Positions 27,328 through 37,410 of a stretch of DNA of 64,000 nucleotides are shown in pieces. Under the pieces are notes generated by a model. It was not told the origin of the DNA. It ran no database searches and was given only the letters and a program-made list of their open reading frames with translations. The translations under genes and the position numbers were made by a program. How positions within the stretch are numbered: position 1 is the stretch's first letter; the number at the start of each line of letters is the position of its first letter. Source of the stretch: Mycobacterium phage prophiT46-2; sequence record OQ417970.1; one strand, written 5' to 3'.

Positions 27328-27906
27328 GTGTGGGCTTACCGTGACGCTTGTGTGGTCGATGAACTCGATTCCGGTGGGCGCGGTTTGACGACGCCAGAGC
27401 GGTGGGAGCCCGATACACAGATGGTTGCGGCGGTGCTTTCGTCCCCGAAATCGTTCCGCAAGATGACCGAGATGTGCGATCAGGACCGAGCCTGGCTCGT
27501 CGCTGGACTCACGGCCGCGGGTATGACGGCCCAAGACATCGCTGCTCGAACTGGCTGCAGCTTGCGCCTCATCCGTGCGATCCGCGCCGAGGACATGACG
27601 CAGGCGTTCGTGGTCGCGCAGCGGGAGGCGCGCGAGGTCAGCGACGAACTGCGTTTGGAGCGTATCGAACTCACGGCCACCCGACACGAGGCGGATCAGT
27701 CCAAGGCCGAAGCAGCGCGTCTGCGCACGCAGATAGATCAGCTTATCGATGCCCACCTGGCTGGCACGCTCACGTTGTTCCGTTGCGGGCACGCGCAAGT
27801 CAAGTACAACGTGTACGAGCATGGCGGACGCAAGTTCTGCCGCGAATGTGCGCGACTACGCAAGCAGGAGCAGCGTAAATCTAAGCGTTTAGCTGCGGTG
27901 TCCTAA
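27328..27906 (+). CDS. HTH (sigma-70 region-4-like) plus coiled-coil plus C-terminal zinc-finger protein
   Basis: TAQDIAARTGCSLRLIRAIRA; CGHAQ..CRECAR. Confidence 0.45.
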   Translation: MWAYRDACVVDELDSGGRGLTTPERWEPDTQMVAAVLSSPKSFRKMTEMCDQDRAWLVAGLTAAGMTAQDIAARTGCSLRLIRAIRAEDMTQAFVVAQREAREVSDELRLERIELTATRHEADQSKAEAARLRTQIDQLIDAHLAGTLTLFRCGHAQVKYNVYEHGGRKFCRECARLRKQEQRKSKRLAAVS

Positions 27907-27943
27907 TTCTGTAGGACAGTTTCAGCGGGATAGGTTTCACCCC

Positions 27944-28390
27944 TTGGCCTTAGCGTCGGCGATCATGAACACCGGCCTCGGACTCACCGTTCTGATCCTC
28001 ATCATCTACGTGCTCGCTGTGATGCGACTCGTGCGGCTGATCAACTACGACACCATCCTGGATCCTGTGCGGCTGTGGATCGCTCACCGCGCGAATCTGG
28101 CGATGATCGCCGCCGATGAGGCGCGAACGGCCGGCCATCCGGTCACCGCGCAATCGCACACCCGCCGGATGGCGCGCTGGAACCTGCTGGCCGAATTCCT
28201 CGGATGCCCCTGGTGCGTGGGGTTTTGGCTTGCGCTGGCCGCCGCGGTGGCGCCAGTGCATATCATCGGCTGGCCGTGGTGGGCTGTCTTCGGTGTGGCG
28301 TTGGCGTGTTCGTATGTCGTCGGGCTGGCCGCGCCGCTGACGGCCGACGAAATGGAGATCGTCAGCGGCGACGCGGACGCCGGCCAGTAA
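27944..28390 (+). CDS. Four-TM integral membrane protein
   Basis: Hydrophobic helices throughout. Confidence 0.45.
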   Translation: MALASAIMNTGLGLTVLILIIYVLAVMRLVRLINYDTILDPVRLWIAHRANLAMIAADEARTAGHPVTAQSHTRRMARWNLLAEFLGCPWCVGFWLALAAAVAPVHIIGWPWWAVFGVALACSYVVGLAAPLTADEMEIVSGDADAGQ

Positions 28391-28417
28391 ACACCCTGCA
28401 CAGTTACCGTCTGCGAC

Positions 28418-30319
28418 GTGGCCGCCCCAGACTTGCGTGTTGTTCGACGCCGTAGAGGCGACGCGTTGACGGCCTCTGCGCCGCGCGCCCTGATCGCAGC
28501 GAGCACCCCTGTAACCAACTCGGCCCAGATCTTCCAGGCCGGATCGGTCGGCCGTCGGAGCAACTGGCAGGCTGAAGCTTGGGAGCTGTACCGGGCAGTC
28601 GGAGAGCTGCGCTACTACGTTGGATGGCGGGCCAACTCATGCTCACGAGTCCGATTCGTGGCCTCCGAAATCGACGCCGACAGCGGTGAGCCAACCGGAA
28701 GTATCGCTGAGGACAACCGTGAGGGACAACGGGTCACCGAGATCGTCCGCAAGATCGCCGGCGGCAGGCTAGGGCAGGCGCAGCTGACTCGACGGGCCGC
28801 CGAATCGTTGACGGTCCCGGGTGAGCTGTGGATCGCGATCCTGATGCGGACCGAGGGCACCGGCCAAAACCAGAGGCAGGTGGCCAAGTGGTATGCGGTC
28901 ACGCGCAGAGAGATTGAACAAGGCCCGCGAAGCAACACCGTGACGATCAAGCTGCCTGACGGCACGAAGCACGTGTTCGATCAGAGCAAGGGCGACGGCA
29001 TGTTCCGGGTGTGGAACCCCGACGCCGAAGACGCGTCGCTGCCTGACTCGCCTGTGCAGGCGTGCTTGGACTCTCTGCGCGAGATCGTGCGCACCACGAA
29101 AAAGATCAAGAACGCGGACAACTCGCGCCTGCTGAACAACGGTCTGCTGTTCGTGCCGTCGGAAGCGACATTGCCCGATCAGCAGTCGCCGGTGGCGGCC
29201 GATAAACCCGGCGACTCGGCTCCGCAGCTGCAACAGGGCCGCCGAGTCGCAGCTTCTCTGCAGCAGATGATCGTTCAGGTCGCCGAGACCGCGTCCAAGG
29301 ACGAGAACAGCATGGCTGCCTTGGTCCCGATTGTCGCGGCTGTGCCTGGCGATCACCTAGCGAAGATCAACCATCTTGAGTTCGGCAAGGACGTTACCGA
29401 CACGGCGCTGAACACTCGGGAGAAGGCGATCGCCCGGCTAGCGACGGGGTTGGACATGTCCCGGGAGCGGCTGCTGGGTCTGAGTACTGGAAACCATTGG
29501 TCCGCATGGGCTATCGATGATCAGGACGTGCAGGTGCACATCAAGCCCGTCATGGAAATCATCTGTCATGCGATCTACGAGTCGGTTCTTCGCGGGATGT
29601 TGATTGATGAGGGAATCGACCCTGACAAATACATTCTCTGGTACGACGCATCGGCCCTGACGTCCGATCCGGATCTGACCGACGAGACGAAGGACGCGTT
29701 CGAGAAGGGCGCGGTTACAAGCGAATACCTGGTACGGACCTATGGGATTCCTGATGACGCAATGTATGACTTCACCAGTTTGGAGGGCTGGCAGCAGTGG
29801 GCGCAGGACAGGGTGAGTCAAGATCCCACGCTGCTGCGTGAACTGCTGCCGCTACTGGACAGTTCGGTGCAGGGCATCGAGTTCCCTGAGCCCGTTGCAG
29901 CGCTGCCACCCGGACAAGACGGCGGGGAAGATGACGCGTCGGGTGCTGAGCAGCAGCAGGAACCGGACACCGAGGACGACGGCAGCGGTGTGCAGGCCAG
30001 CGCGCGGGCCAACGTGGAACTTGCGGTGGTGGATCTGATGGTGGGCCGCGCTCTCGAGTTGGCCGGCAAGCGGCGCGTCCGTACGAATGATCGTGAGCAG
30101 CACGCGCGGCTCAAGGGCATCCCGACGCACGAATATCACCGGTACATGGGCCCGGTTGATGAGCCGGAGGTGTCGCGGCTTATCAAGGGATGGGACAGCA
30201 TCATGAGCGAGTCGGCGTTGTCGCGGTTGGGTATTGACCCCGATCGGGTGCGGGCCGCAGTAGCGCGGGCTGCACGTAAAGAACTGACATCGCAGGTCAT
30301 CGACGGACAGGTCGGCTGA
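28418..30319 (+). CDS. Portal protein
   Basis: 633 aa, position after terminase, acidic C-terminus typical of portals. Confidence 0.6.
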   Translation: MAAPDLRVVRRRRGDALTASAPRALIAASTPVTNSAQIFQAGSVGRRSNWQAEAWELYRAVGELRYYVGWRANSCSRVRFVASEIDADSGEPTGSIAEDNREGQRVTEIVRKIAGGRLGQAQLTRRAAESLTVPGELWIAILMRTEGTGQNQRQVAKWYAVTRREIEQGPRSNTVTIKLPDGTKHVFDQSKGDGMFRVWNPDAEDASLPDSPVQACLDSLREIVRTTKKIKNADNSRLLNNGLLFVPSEATLPDQQSPVAADKPGDSAPQLQQGRRVAASLQQMIVQVAETASKDENSMAALVPIVAAVPGDHLAKINHLEFGKDVTDTALNTREKAIARLATGLDMSRERLLGLSTGNHWSAWAIDDQDVQVHIKPVMEIICHAIYESVLRGMLIDEGIDPDKYILWYDASALTSDPDLTDETKDAFEKGAVTSEYLVRTYGIPDDAMYDFTSLEGWQQWAQDRVSQDPTLLRELLPLLDSSVQGIEFPEPVAALPPGQDGGEDDASGAEQQQEPDTEDDGSGVQASARANVELAVVDLMVGRALELAGKRRVRTNDREQHARLKGIPTHEYHRYMGPVDEPEVSRLIKGWDSIMSESALSRLGIDPDRVRAAVARAARKELTSQVIDGQVG

Positions 30320-30483
30320 TGGCTCGCATCGACAAGACGCACCCCGGCAAGGTCGTTGCCTACGAAGGCGAGGTGAACGCGAGCTACTACATCGAGAGCC
30401 GTCGGGTAATTGTCGTGGCCGATTCTGGCAGCTTCGCCGACGTATTGGCCGCAGTGACGGCTCTCAGGGACGAGGTGTGCTGA
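30319..30483 (+). CDS. Small hypothetical protein
   Basis: ATG overlapping portal stop; 54 aa. Confidence 0.25.
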   Translation: MARIDKTHPGKVVAYEGEVNASYYIESRRVIVVADSGSFADVLAAVTALRDEVC

Positions 30484-30875
30484 TGGACATCGCATCCGCG
30501 ATTGCGCTGGCAGGGCTCGCGCACATGGTGGGGGACTATGTCATTCAGTCCGATTGGATGGCCCAGGAGAAGACAAAACGCTGGTGGCCCGCTATCGCGC
30601 ACGCGGTGACCTATGGGTTGCCGTTCGTGTTCGTCGCGCAGTCGGCGCTTGCGATGCTGGTGATTGTTGGTACGCATGCGGTGATCGACCGTTATCGGCT
30701 GGCGCGGCATGTGGTGTGGTTCAAGAATCAGTTGGCGCCGCGGGCGTTCCGGCCGCTCCACACCGCGACAGGGCACGGTGCTGATCGCCCCGATTGGCTT
30801 GCGGTGTGGCTGCTCATTATCGCGGACAACGTGATTCACATGCTGATCAACGTCGCGTCGGTGGTGTGGCTCTGA
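30477..30875 (+). CDS. Membrane protein (4 TM)
   Basis: Hydrophobic profile. Confidence 0.4.
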   Translation: MLMDIASAIALAGLAHMVGDYVIQSDWMAQEKTKRWWPAIAHAVTYGLPFVFVAQSALAMLVIVGTHAVIDRYRLARHVVWFKNQLAPRAFRPLHTATGHGADRPDWLAVWLLIIADNVIHMLINVASVVWL

Positions 30876-33232
30876 TGTGGCCTGAGCGTGGTGAGGCGCT
30901 GTCCCGGACGATCGAGGCCGAGGCGGCGATCAGCGACCTGTACGCGGAGACGTTGCGGCGCTGGGCACCGGAGGCGCGCGCCGCGGTGCTGCCCGCTCTG
31001 ACCGCCGCAGCTGCGTTACCCCCGGACCCTGACGCCGTCGCGCAGACCCAGAGCATGTGGGACCAGCACTCCGAAGCCATTATCGTGACTGGCCTCGGCA
31101 TCTTGTGGGCGGCGTCGGTGTACGAAGCCACGATCGGCCTGGGCGGCGCGGTCGTCGACGTGGTCGTGCCCGACCTCGACACCGTGGTGCTGGCCATCGT
31201 GCTCGGCTCGCTGCTCATGTCCGGCAAGGAAATCGCTGCCGCCGTCGCCCATGTCGAAGCTAACCCGGCGCTCGCCGCTGCGCGCGATGACTTCCTGGCC
31301 AGCCGCCGCGACAATATCGCGGCTACACCCGCGATGGTGCGCGCCAAGATGGAAGCCGCGCTCGCCGAGCCGACGCTGACCTTGTCAGTGAGCCCCGAGG
31401 ACCGGCCGGAGGTGTTGCGCGCCAGGGCGGCCGAAGTCCTGGAGCCATCGTCGAACGAAATGCGTGACCTGGCCCGCGAGCGTGGGTACCAGGCCGCCGA
31501 TGTGCTCAACAACGCGGTTGTCGCCGCTGCGGCGCAGTCGGAAGAGTCCGCAGGGCTGGAGAAGACGTGGATCTGCACTCTCGATGGCAAGACCCGGCCG
31601 ACGCACTGGGCCGCTGACGGGCAGCGAGTGCCGCTCAAGGGCCACTTCACCGTTGGCGGTGAGCAGCTGTTTGTCCCGGGCGATATGTCTGCGTCGCCTG
31701 CGGAGTGGAAGAACTGCCGGTGCCGCGTCGGCATTCTCGCGGCCGGCGAGGAGCTGCCGGACGAGGTTGATCGGCACACTGAGCGGCTGGACGGTCGGGA
31801 TTCGGTGGCAGTCAACCGTGATGGGCGCACCCAGGCAGAGGAAATTGAGCGCCGAGACAAGGCGGGCAATGTGCGTGCCCGCGACGACGAGGACGGTATC
31901 GGGCGCGTGGCGTCCGGCGGCTGGGTCGCATCGAGTGAACAGGAGTACGAAATGGCTGAAGACACAGAGACCTATTTGACGTTTACCGACGCGCTATTCG
32001 CGGTGACCGGTACTCCGACGTCGGATGGTCGGATGCTTGCAGCCGACATCGAGTTGACGTTCCGCGACACCCCTATGCCGTTGCAGTGGTGCGAGAAAAT
32101 GGAAGGCGGCCACTACGGGTCAGTCACAGTCGGCGTCATCGAGGCGATCCGGTTCAAAGACGGCGAGGTTCGTGCGGACGGCTACATGCTCAACAACGAC
32201 AACGCCATCAAAGCGATCGACCTAGTGAGTCATGGTGTGTGCAATCCGTCCGTCGATCTGGGTGATGTCACGATGATCGCCACGTACCAAGACGGCACAG
32301 TAGTGACAGAGGAAAACTACGACCCTGACCGCGAGATATTCGCCACTACAACGGCTGCCGAAGTACTCGCCACCACCATCGTGGCTATCCCGGCATTCGG
32401 GCAGACAAGGTTTGCCCTGAACGCCGAACGCGAGGCGCGCGACAAGGCACTGGTAGCGTCGATGGCCGCGAAATTCCAACCACGCGTGTACGCCCCGGTC
32501 TTGTTCTCCGACCCCGGGCTCGCTGGACCCACTCCGCTGTCGATCGACCCCGAAACGGGGCGGATCTTCGGACATGTAGCCACCTTCAATGAAAAGCATC
32601 GTTCCGTTGGCCTCGGGCATATCTCGCCTCCGCGGTCGCACACCGGGTATGCACATTTTCACTCGTCGCCGCCGGTGCGCCTTTCCGATGGCACTGAACT
32701 ATCGGTGGGTCGGCTGACCGTGGGCATCGGACACGCACCGGTGTCTGGAGTGAGCAACGCCGAAGCTCAGGCGCACTACGACAACGCCGAGGCGTGCTTT
32801 GCGCTCGTACGAGCCGGAGAAGACGCCCACGGCATCTGGGTGTCGGGTGTCGCAGCTCCGTGGGCGACACCGGCCAAGATCGAGATGGGCTTGGCCGCGC
32901 CCTTGTCCGGCGACTGGCGCCCATACGGCGGAAACCTCGAACTCGTTGCCGTGCTGGCAGTCAACACACCAGGATTCCTGTGCCGCAGAACAACCGACTC
33001 ACAAGGCAACCCGTTGTCGTTGGTGGCTTCCATGTCGCCGCGCCCGGGAGCGCCCGGCACTACAGCGCTGTCTCGCGATGACATCAAGGCTGCCGTAACC
33101 GAAGCTTTGGCCGAATCCGCCCATGCTGCCAAGCGGGCCGCGCTGCTCACGCGTGCGACATTGGCCGTTGGGGATCCGCCGCCGGAGCCATCGCCGGCTG
33201 AGCGGATGAGCCAACTGCTGGAGCGTGCCTGA
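30875..33232 (+). CDS. MuF-like head morphogenesis domain fused to capsid maturation protease-like region
   Basis: KTWICTLDGKTRPTHWAADGQ...WKNCRCR (SPP1 gp7/MuF signature); long C-terminal region; ATG at 30875 overlaps upstream stop. Confidence 0.6.
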   Translation: MWPERGEALSRTIEAEAAISDLYAETLRRWAPEARAAVLPALTAAAALPPDPDAVAQTQSMWDQHSEAIIVTGLGILWAASVYEATIGLGGAVVDVVVPDLDTVVLAIVLGSLLMSGKEIAAAVAHVEANPALAAARDDFLASRRDNIAATPAMVRAKMEAALAEPTLTLSVSPEDRPEVLRARAAEVLEPSSNEMRDLARERGYQAADVLNNAVVAAAAQSEESAGLEKTWICTLDGKTRPTHWAADGQRVPLKGHFTVGGEQLFVPGDMSASPAEWKNCRCRVGILAAGEELPDEVDRHTERLDGRDSVAVNRDGRTQAEEIERRDKAGNVRARDDEDGIGRVASGGWVASSEQEYEMAEDTETYLTFTDALFAVTGTPTSDGRMLAADIELTFRDTPMPLQWCEKMEGGHYGSVTVGVIEAIRFKDGEVRADGYMLNNDNAIKAIDLVSHGVCNPSVDLGDVTMIATYQDGTVVTEENYDPDREIFATTTAAEVLATTIVAIPAFGQTRFALNAEREARDKALVASMAAKFQPRVYAPVLFSDPGLAGPTPLSIDPETGRIFGHVATFNEKHRSVGLGHISPPRSHTGYAHFHSSPPVRLSDGTELSVGRLTVGIGHAPVSGVSNAEAQAHYDNAEACFALVRAGEDAHGIWVSGVAAPWATPAKIEMGLAAPLSGDWRPYGGNLELVAVLAVNTPGFLCRRTTDSQGNPLSLVASMSPRPGAPGTTALSRDDIKAAVTEALAESAHAAKRAALLTRATLAVGDPPPEPSPAERMSQLLERA

Positions 33233-33609
33233 TGGGGTGCGGATGCCGCAGGGGCACACGCGCCGGTTCGGTCACGTCTTCCGGTGCGACGGTGCAGAGT
33301 TTCGAATACACCGCGCCAGATAAGACGGTCACTTCGTTCCTGACGCTCATTGAGGCCAAGAAGGAACAACGCCGAAATGGTGGCGGCACCATCAAGCTCA
33401 TCACCAGCTGAGTTTCTTAAAGGCTGTTAACCGCAGAGGGATTCCCGCAGGTCTTTGACCTGCGGGTTTCTCTTTTGGCGGCTGCTACTCGAAAAGCGTG
33501 TGCACGCACCGTCTCTACGTTCTGCGGCCAAGAGAGTTCCTGTCATGCGCTATGTGCCGGGGAGCGATCGAACAGACCGAGAGTTTCACTCTGAGAACAG
33601 GAGCACGCA

Positions 33610-35394
33610 GTGAAGTTCGACAAGCTGCCCGATCCGCTGCCCGCCACCGTCGCCGAGCTCAACGAGCTGGCTGCCACTGTGACAGCGGAGATCCGGGTAT
33701 TCCAGGCCCGCGCCGCCGCCAACGACGAGTTCAGCGCTGAGGAGACTGAGCGTTTCGAGTACCTGCTCGACAGCCGCGACAAGGTTGTCACCGAGCGCGA
33801 TTCGATCGCCGCCGCCGATCAGGCACAGACCGAGAACCTCAACGCCCTACTCGACCGCGCGAATGCCGCGACCGAGAAGCCCGAGCCCAAGCCGGCAGCC
33901 GACACCGCGACAGACAATGAGGCAGCCCCCGCAGACGGTGACGGTGGTGCTGCAGCGGAAGTGGTAGCAGAGGCCGAAGCCGCCACCGCGGCAGCTGCCC
34001 AGGAATCGGAAACCGTCACCGCTGCCGCAGATTCGAGCCGCCAGGTCGAGTTCGCGGGCACAGTCCGCAACAGTGATATCCCCTCCGACACCCCCAGCGG
34101 TGAGAAGCCCAAGGGCTGGGACATGCTGCAGTCCGCACCCAAGTACGCCGAGTTCGGCACCGAAAAGGTCGGTTTCGCCGAGATCGCTCAGTCGATCGCC
34201 TCTGTAAGCGCAGGGTCCGTCTCGGGCCGTCAGCGCACCGGCACCAGCCCTGACGGCAACTACGCGACCCAGGCGATCGCACGCCTGACGCGGCCTACTC
34301 CGGAGATTCCGGCGCCCGCCAATGAGCACGAGGCGCTCGCGGTTCTGGATGCCATCGGCCGCGACATCCCAGGCCACGGCCCGGCGAACGCGAAGGGCCT
34401 GGTCGCTGCTGGTGGTTGGTGCGCCCCCTCGCAGCAGGTCTACACCTTCTGCGGTGTCCCCGAGGCGTCCAATCTGCTGTCGCTGCCGGACTTCCCGTTC
34501 GACTTCTCCCGCGGCGGTGTCCGCGTCCCGATCAGCCCCGACGTGTCGGCGCTACTGGACAACCTGTGGCACTTCACCGAAGCCGAACTCGAAGCCGTCA
34601 ACGCCCAGGGCGATCCGACCGCGGTCAAGAAGCTCATCGAGTTGCCGTGCCCGGACGAGTTCCTCGAGTGGCGCCTGGAGGCGATCGGTTGGGCCGCCAA
34701 GGCCGGCATCTTGATGCGCCAAGCCTGGCCCGAGGCGATCGAGAACGCATTGCAGCAGATCCAGGTCGCCCACCAGCACCGCGTCTCGCAGATCTCCATC
34801 GGCAAGATGGTCGCTGGATCGGGCACTCCGATCGCGGTTCCTGCCGGGTCGGTGCTGGGAGCAACCAGTGGCGTTCTCAATGGACTTGCGCTGCAGGCGT
34901 CGAACCTTCGGTACAACAAGGGGCTCGCAGACAACGCCACCATCGAAGGCGTTGCGCCCGTGTGGTTCCGCGAAGTGCTGCGAGCAGACCTTGCGCTGCG
35001 TGAGGGCAAGGAATTCCTGGCCGTCACCAACGCGGAGATCGACAACTGGTTGGCGGTCCGCGACATCTACCTGCAGTACGTGGTGGATTGGCAGACCCGC
35101 GGCGCGGGCCAGCCCGGCAACATGGCCACGGTGGTGTACCCGGCCACGGTCGACGTGATGCTGTATCCGGCCGGCACCTGGTTCCGAACCATGAACAACG
35201 TCATCACCTTGGGTGTGCAGTACCCGCTGCAGCAGTTGCAGCTCAACCAGTACACCCACGTGTTCACCGAGGACTCGCTGCAGGTGGGCAAGCGTTGCGA
35301 CCAGTCGATCATCGTGCGACTGCCGATCTGCGTGTCCGGTGCTATCGGCGCCCGTCAGACCGTGGCGTGCAACACGCCGCCTGCGACTCCGTAG
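33610..35394 (+). CDS. Major capsid protein, HK97-fold with N-terminal scaffold-like (delta) coiled coil and acidic Ala-rich insert
   Basis: 594 aa; coiled-coil N-terminus, C-terminal 350 aa capsid-like; follows protease gene. Confidence 0.5.
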   Translation: MKFDKLPDPLPATVAELNELAATVTAEIRVFQARAAANDEFSAEETERFEYLLDSRDKVVTERDSIAAADQAQTENLNALLDRANAATEKPEPKPAADTATDNEAAPADGDGGAAAEVVAEAEAATAAAAQESETVTAAADSSRQVEFAGTVRNSDIPSDTPSGEKPKGWDMLQSAPKYAEFGTEKVGFAEIAQSIASVSAGSVSGRQRTGTSPDGNYATQAIARLTRPTPEIPAPANEHEALAVLDAIGRDIPGHGPANAKGLVAAGGWCAPSQQVYTFCGVPEASNLLSLPDFPFDFSRGGVRVPISPDVSALLDNLWHFTEAELEAVNAQGDPTAVKKLIELPCPDEFLEWRLEAIGWAAKAGILMRQAWPEAIENALQQIQVAHQHRVSQISIGKMVAGSGTPIAVPAGSVLGATSGVLNGLALQASNLRYNKGLADNATIEGVAPVWFREVLRADLALREGKEFLAVTNAEIDNWLAVRDIYLQYVVDWQTRGAGQPGNMATVVYPATVDVMLYPAGTWFRTMNNVITLGVQYPLQQLQLNQYTHVFTEDSLQVGKRCDQSIIVRLPICVSGAIGARQTVACNTPPATP

Positions 35395-35490
35395 CGGAGC
35401 CCGGCGAATCGCATTGGACGAGGCGGGCGGACGTGAACAACCGAGGCATTCACGTCCGCCCGCCTTCCCGGCAGAGAGGAATCGCGCCAC

Positions 35491-36264
35491 ATGACCGCAG
35501 CACTATCCCCGGTGCAGTTTGACGCACCGTTGGTCAACCCGGCACCCAACGGGCTCGTCGCTGCCACCCAGTGGGTCGACGAGAGCGGACCGCTGCGCTG
35601 GCTGCCGTCCGGTGTCGAGTTCCGGGTCTTCAACTACGGCGGCGGCACCCAGTTCGGCGTCTGGAGCGCACCATGGAACGCCACCGAGTCTGAGCTCAAA
35701 CCAGCCGACGTCAAAAAGGGTGAGCGTCCTGCCTTCCCAGATGCGTTCATTGCGCAGACCACGTACGCATCTGACGACTGCAGCCTGCTCAAGCGGAGCC
35801 GCGATGAGATCCGGGTCCGGGCACAGCAAGTACACCGCGTGCTGGAGCCTATCCAGACAGAGAAGACGCTCGCGGCCCGCATGCTGCTCGATGCCGGGAC
35901 GCCCGCGGCTAAGACGGGAATCGTGGCAGCTATCGGCGCCATCGAGGGGCTGATCGCGGACACCGGCACCGTCGGGGTCATTCACGCGTCGGCGGAGTTG
36001 GCCGCCCCTGCCGCACAGGCGAATCTGATCCGCTACAACAACGGCCGGCTGGTTTCACCGCTGGGTAACACCTGGGTGTTCGGCGGCGGCTACGTCTCGG
36101 CGCTAGGCGCCAAGCTGATCGCCACCAGCCCTACCTACGGATGGCGCGGACCAGTGGCGCTGCGCGAGGCGCCGAGCCTGCAGCACAACGAATTCAAGGC
36201 CATCGCCGAACGGTCGCTGGTCGTCGGATATGAGGCGCTGATCGGCGCCGTGAACATCACGTAG
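35491..36264 (+). CDS. Head-associated structural protein (function unclear)
   Basis: ORF 257 aa between capsid and connector genes. Confidence 0.35.
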   Translation: MTAALSPVQFDAPLVNPAPNGLVAATQWVDESGPLRWLPSGVEFRVFNYGGGTQFGVWSAPWNATESELKPADVKKGERPAFPDAFIAQTTYASDDCSLLKRSRDEIRVRAQQVHRVLEPIQTEKTLAARMLLDAGTPAAKTGIVAAIGAIEGLIADTGTVGVIHASAELAAPAAQANLIRYNNGRLVSPLGNTWVFGGGYVSALGAKLIATSPTYGWRGPVALREAPSLQHNEFKAIAERSLVVGYEALIGAVNIT

Positions 36265-36278
36265 AAGGGTTGGACGTC

Positions 36279-36815
36279 ATGCCTGCTGGTGTGGAAGTTG
36301 TGGTCAAGGAAGGCTTCGCCACCATCGATTTCGTCGACGGGACGCTGCGCGGCCCCGGATTGGCCAAACTGCTGGAAGTCGGCACACCGCCCGAGGCCAT
36401 CGAGAAACTGACCCGCGAGGGCCCGCGCGCCGTCTACGTAGTGCCGGAAGGCAATGCGCGCGAGGCCGGCCTGCTCGACGAAGTGGACGCCGATGACCAC
36501 AACGATGGCCCACCGCCAGCAGGAATGACCGACGAGACCACAGGCGACGACGGTTCGGGCGCGGCCTTACCGCTCGCTGAACCGGTTTCGACCGACGCCG
36601 AAGGTACAGCCATCGGCGACCCCACCCAGGAGCCGCTTCCTACAGGTGATTTCGTGCCGAAGCCTTGGCCAGAGGGCGATCCTGAGCTGGACTGGAAGCG
36701 TCCGCAGCTCGATGCCTACGCCGCGTCCAAGGGTCTGGACACCAAGGAGCTGCCCAACAAGGAAGCAGTGTTCGCGGCCATCGCCAAGCACGCTTCAGAG
36801 GCGATGAACTCGTGA
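36279..36815 (+). CDS. Acidic structural protein with C-terminal HeH/Rho-N-like motif (head-tail connector candidate)
   Basis: LDWKRPQLDAYAASKGLDTKELPNKEAVFAAIAKH. Confidence 0.4.
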   Translation: MPAGVEVVVKEGFATIDFVDGTLRGPGLAKLLEVGTPPEAIEKLTREGPRAVYVVPEGNAREAGLLDEVDADDHNDGPPPAGMTDETTGDDGSGAALPLAEPVSTDAEGTAIGDPTQEPLPTGDFVPKPWPEGDPELDWKRPQLDAYAASKGLDTKELPNKEAVFAAIAKHASEAMNS

Positions 36816-37075
36816 GCGATCTGTTTACCCGGGAGTTCTGGAAGGACGCGGTGGAGCGCACCGTTAGTTCTGCGGCACAAGGGTTCCTTGTAGGTGGCGG
36901 TCTCGGTGTTGGTGCCGAAGCTACGCAATCTGTTGACGCCCGGTACTTTCCGTGGCTGGCCGCGGCCAGCGTCGCGGGCGGTATGGCTGCGGCGAGCTTC
37001 GCCAAGTGCCTCGCCGCAGTGCGTGTCGGCGAGCGTGGGACTGCCTCACTACATCGGCGAAGGTCATTCGAGTGA
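36812..37075 (+). CDS. Structural/connector protein
   Basis: ORF 87 aa coupled. Confidence 0.35.
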   Translation: MSDLFTREFWKDAVERTVSSAAQGFLVGGGLGVGAEATQSVDARYFPWLAAASVAGGMAAASFAKCLAAVRVGERGTASLHRRRSFE

Positions 37076-37323
37076 GCCCAGACCAGATCCAGGCCATTGG
37101 CGGAGTCATCGTCGCCATCCTGACCGCCTGGCAGGGGCTGACCACGCGACGCGTCCGGAATCTCGAAACCCATGTGAAGGCCGTCGAAACCGAACGAGAC
37201 AAGCTCAGCTCCAAACTGCGCGTTGCTGTCCGTTATATCCGTGAGTGGATGGAGTGGGCGCGCCAACACGCGCCCGGCAAGCCAACTCCGGTGGTCCCGG
37301 CCGAGTTACGCGAAGAGATCTGA
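37072..37323 (+). CDS. Small protein with N-terminal TM helix and coiled coil
   Basis: GTG 37072 overlapping upstream stop. Confidence 0.3.
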   Translation: MSPDQIQAIGGVIVAILTAWQGLTTRRVRNLETHVKAVETERDKLSSKLRVAVRYIREWMEWARQHAPGKPTPVVPAELREEI

Positions 37324-37410
37324 TGCACCCCGCCCTTTTACTGTTCGCCGCAGCCTCGGAAAACGTAATGGACCGGCGCGAAGCGCCTGATAGCAGGAGG
37401 AAGCCAGCAC

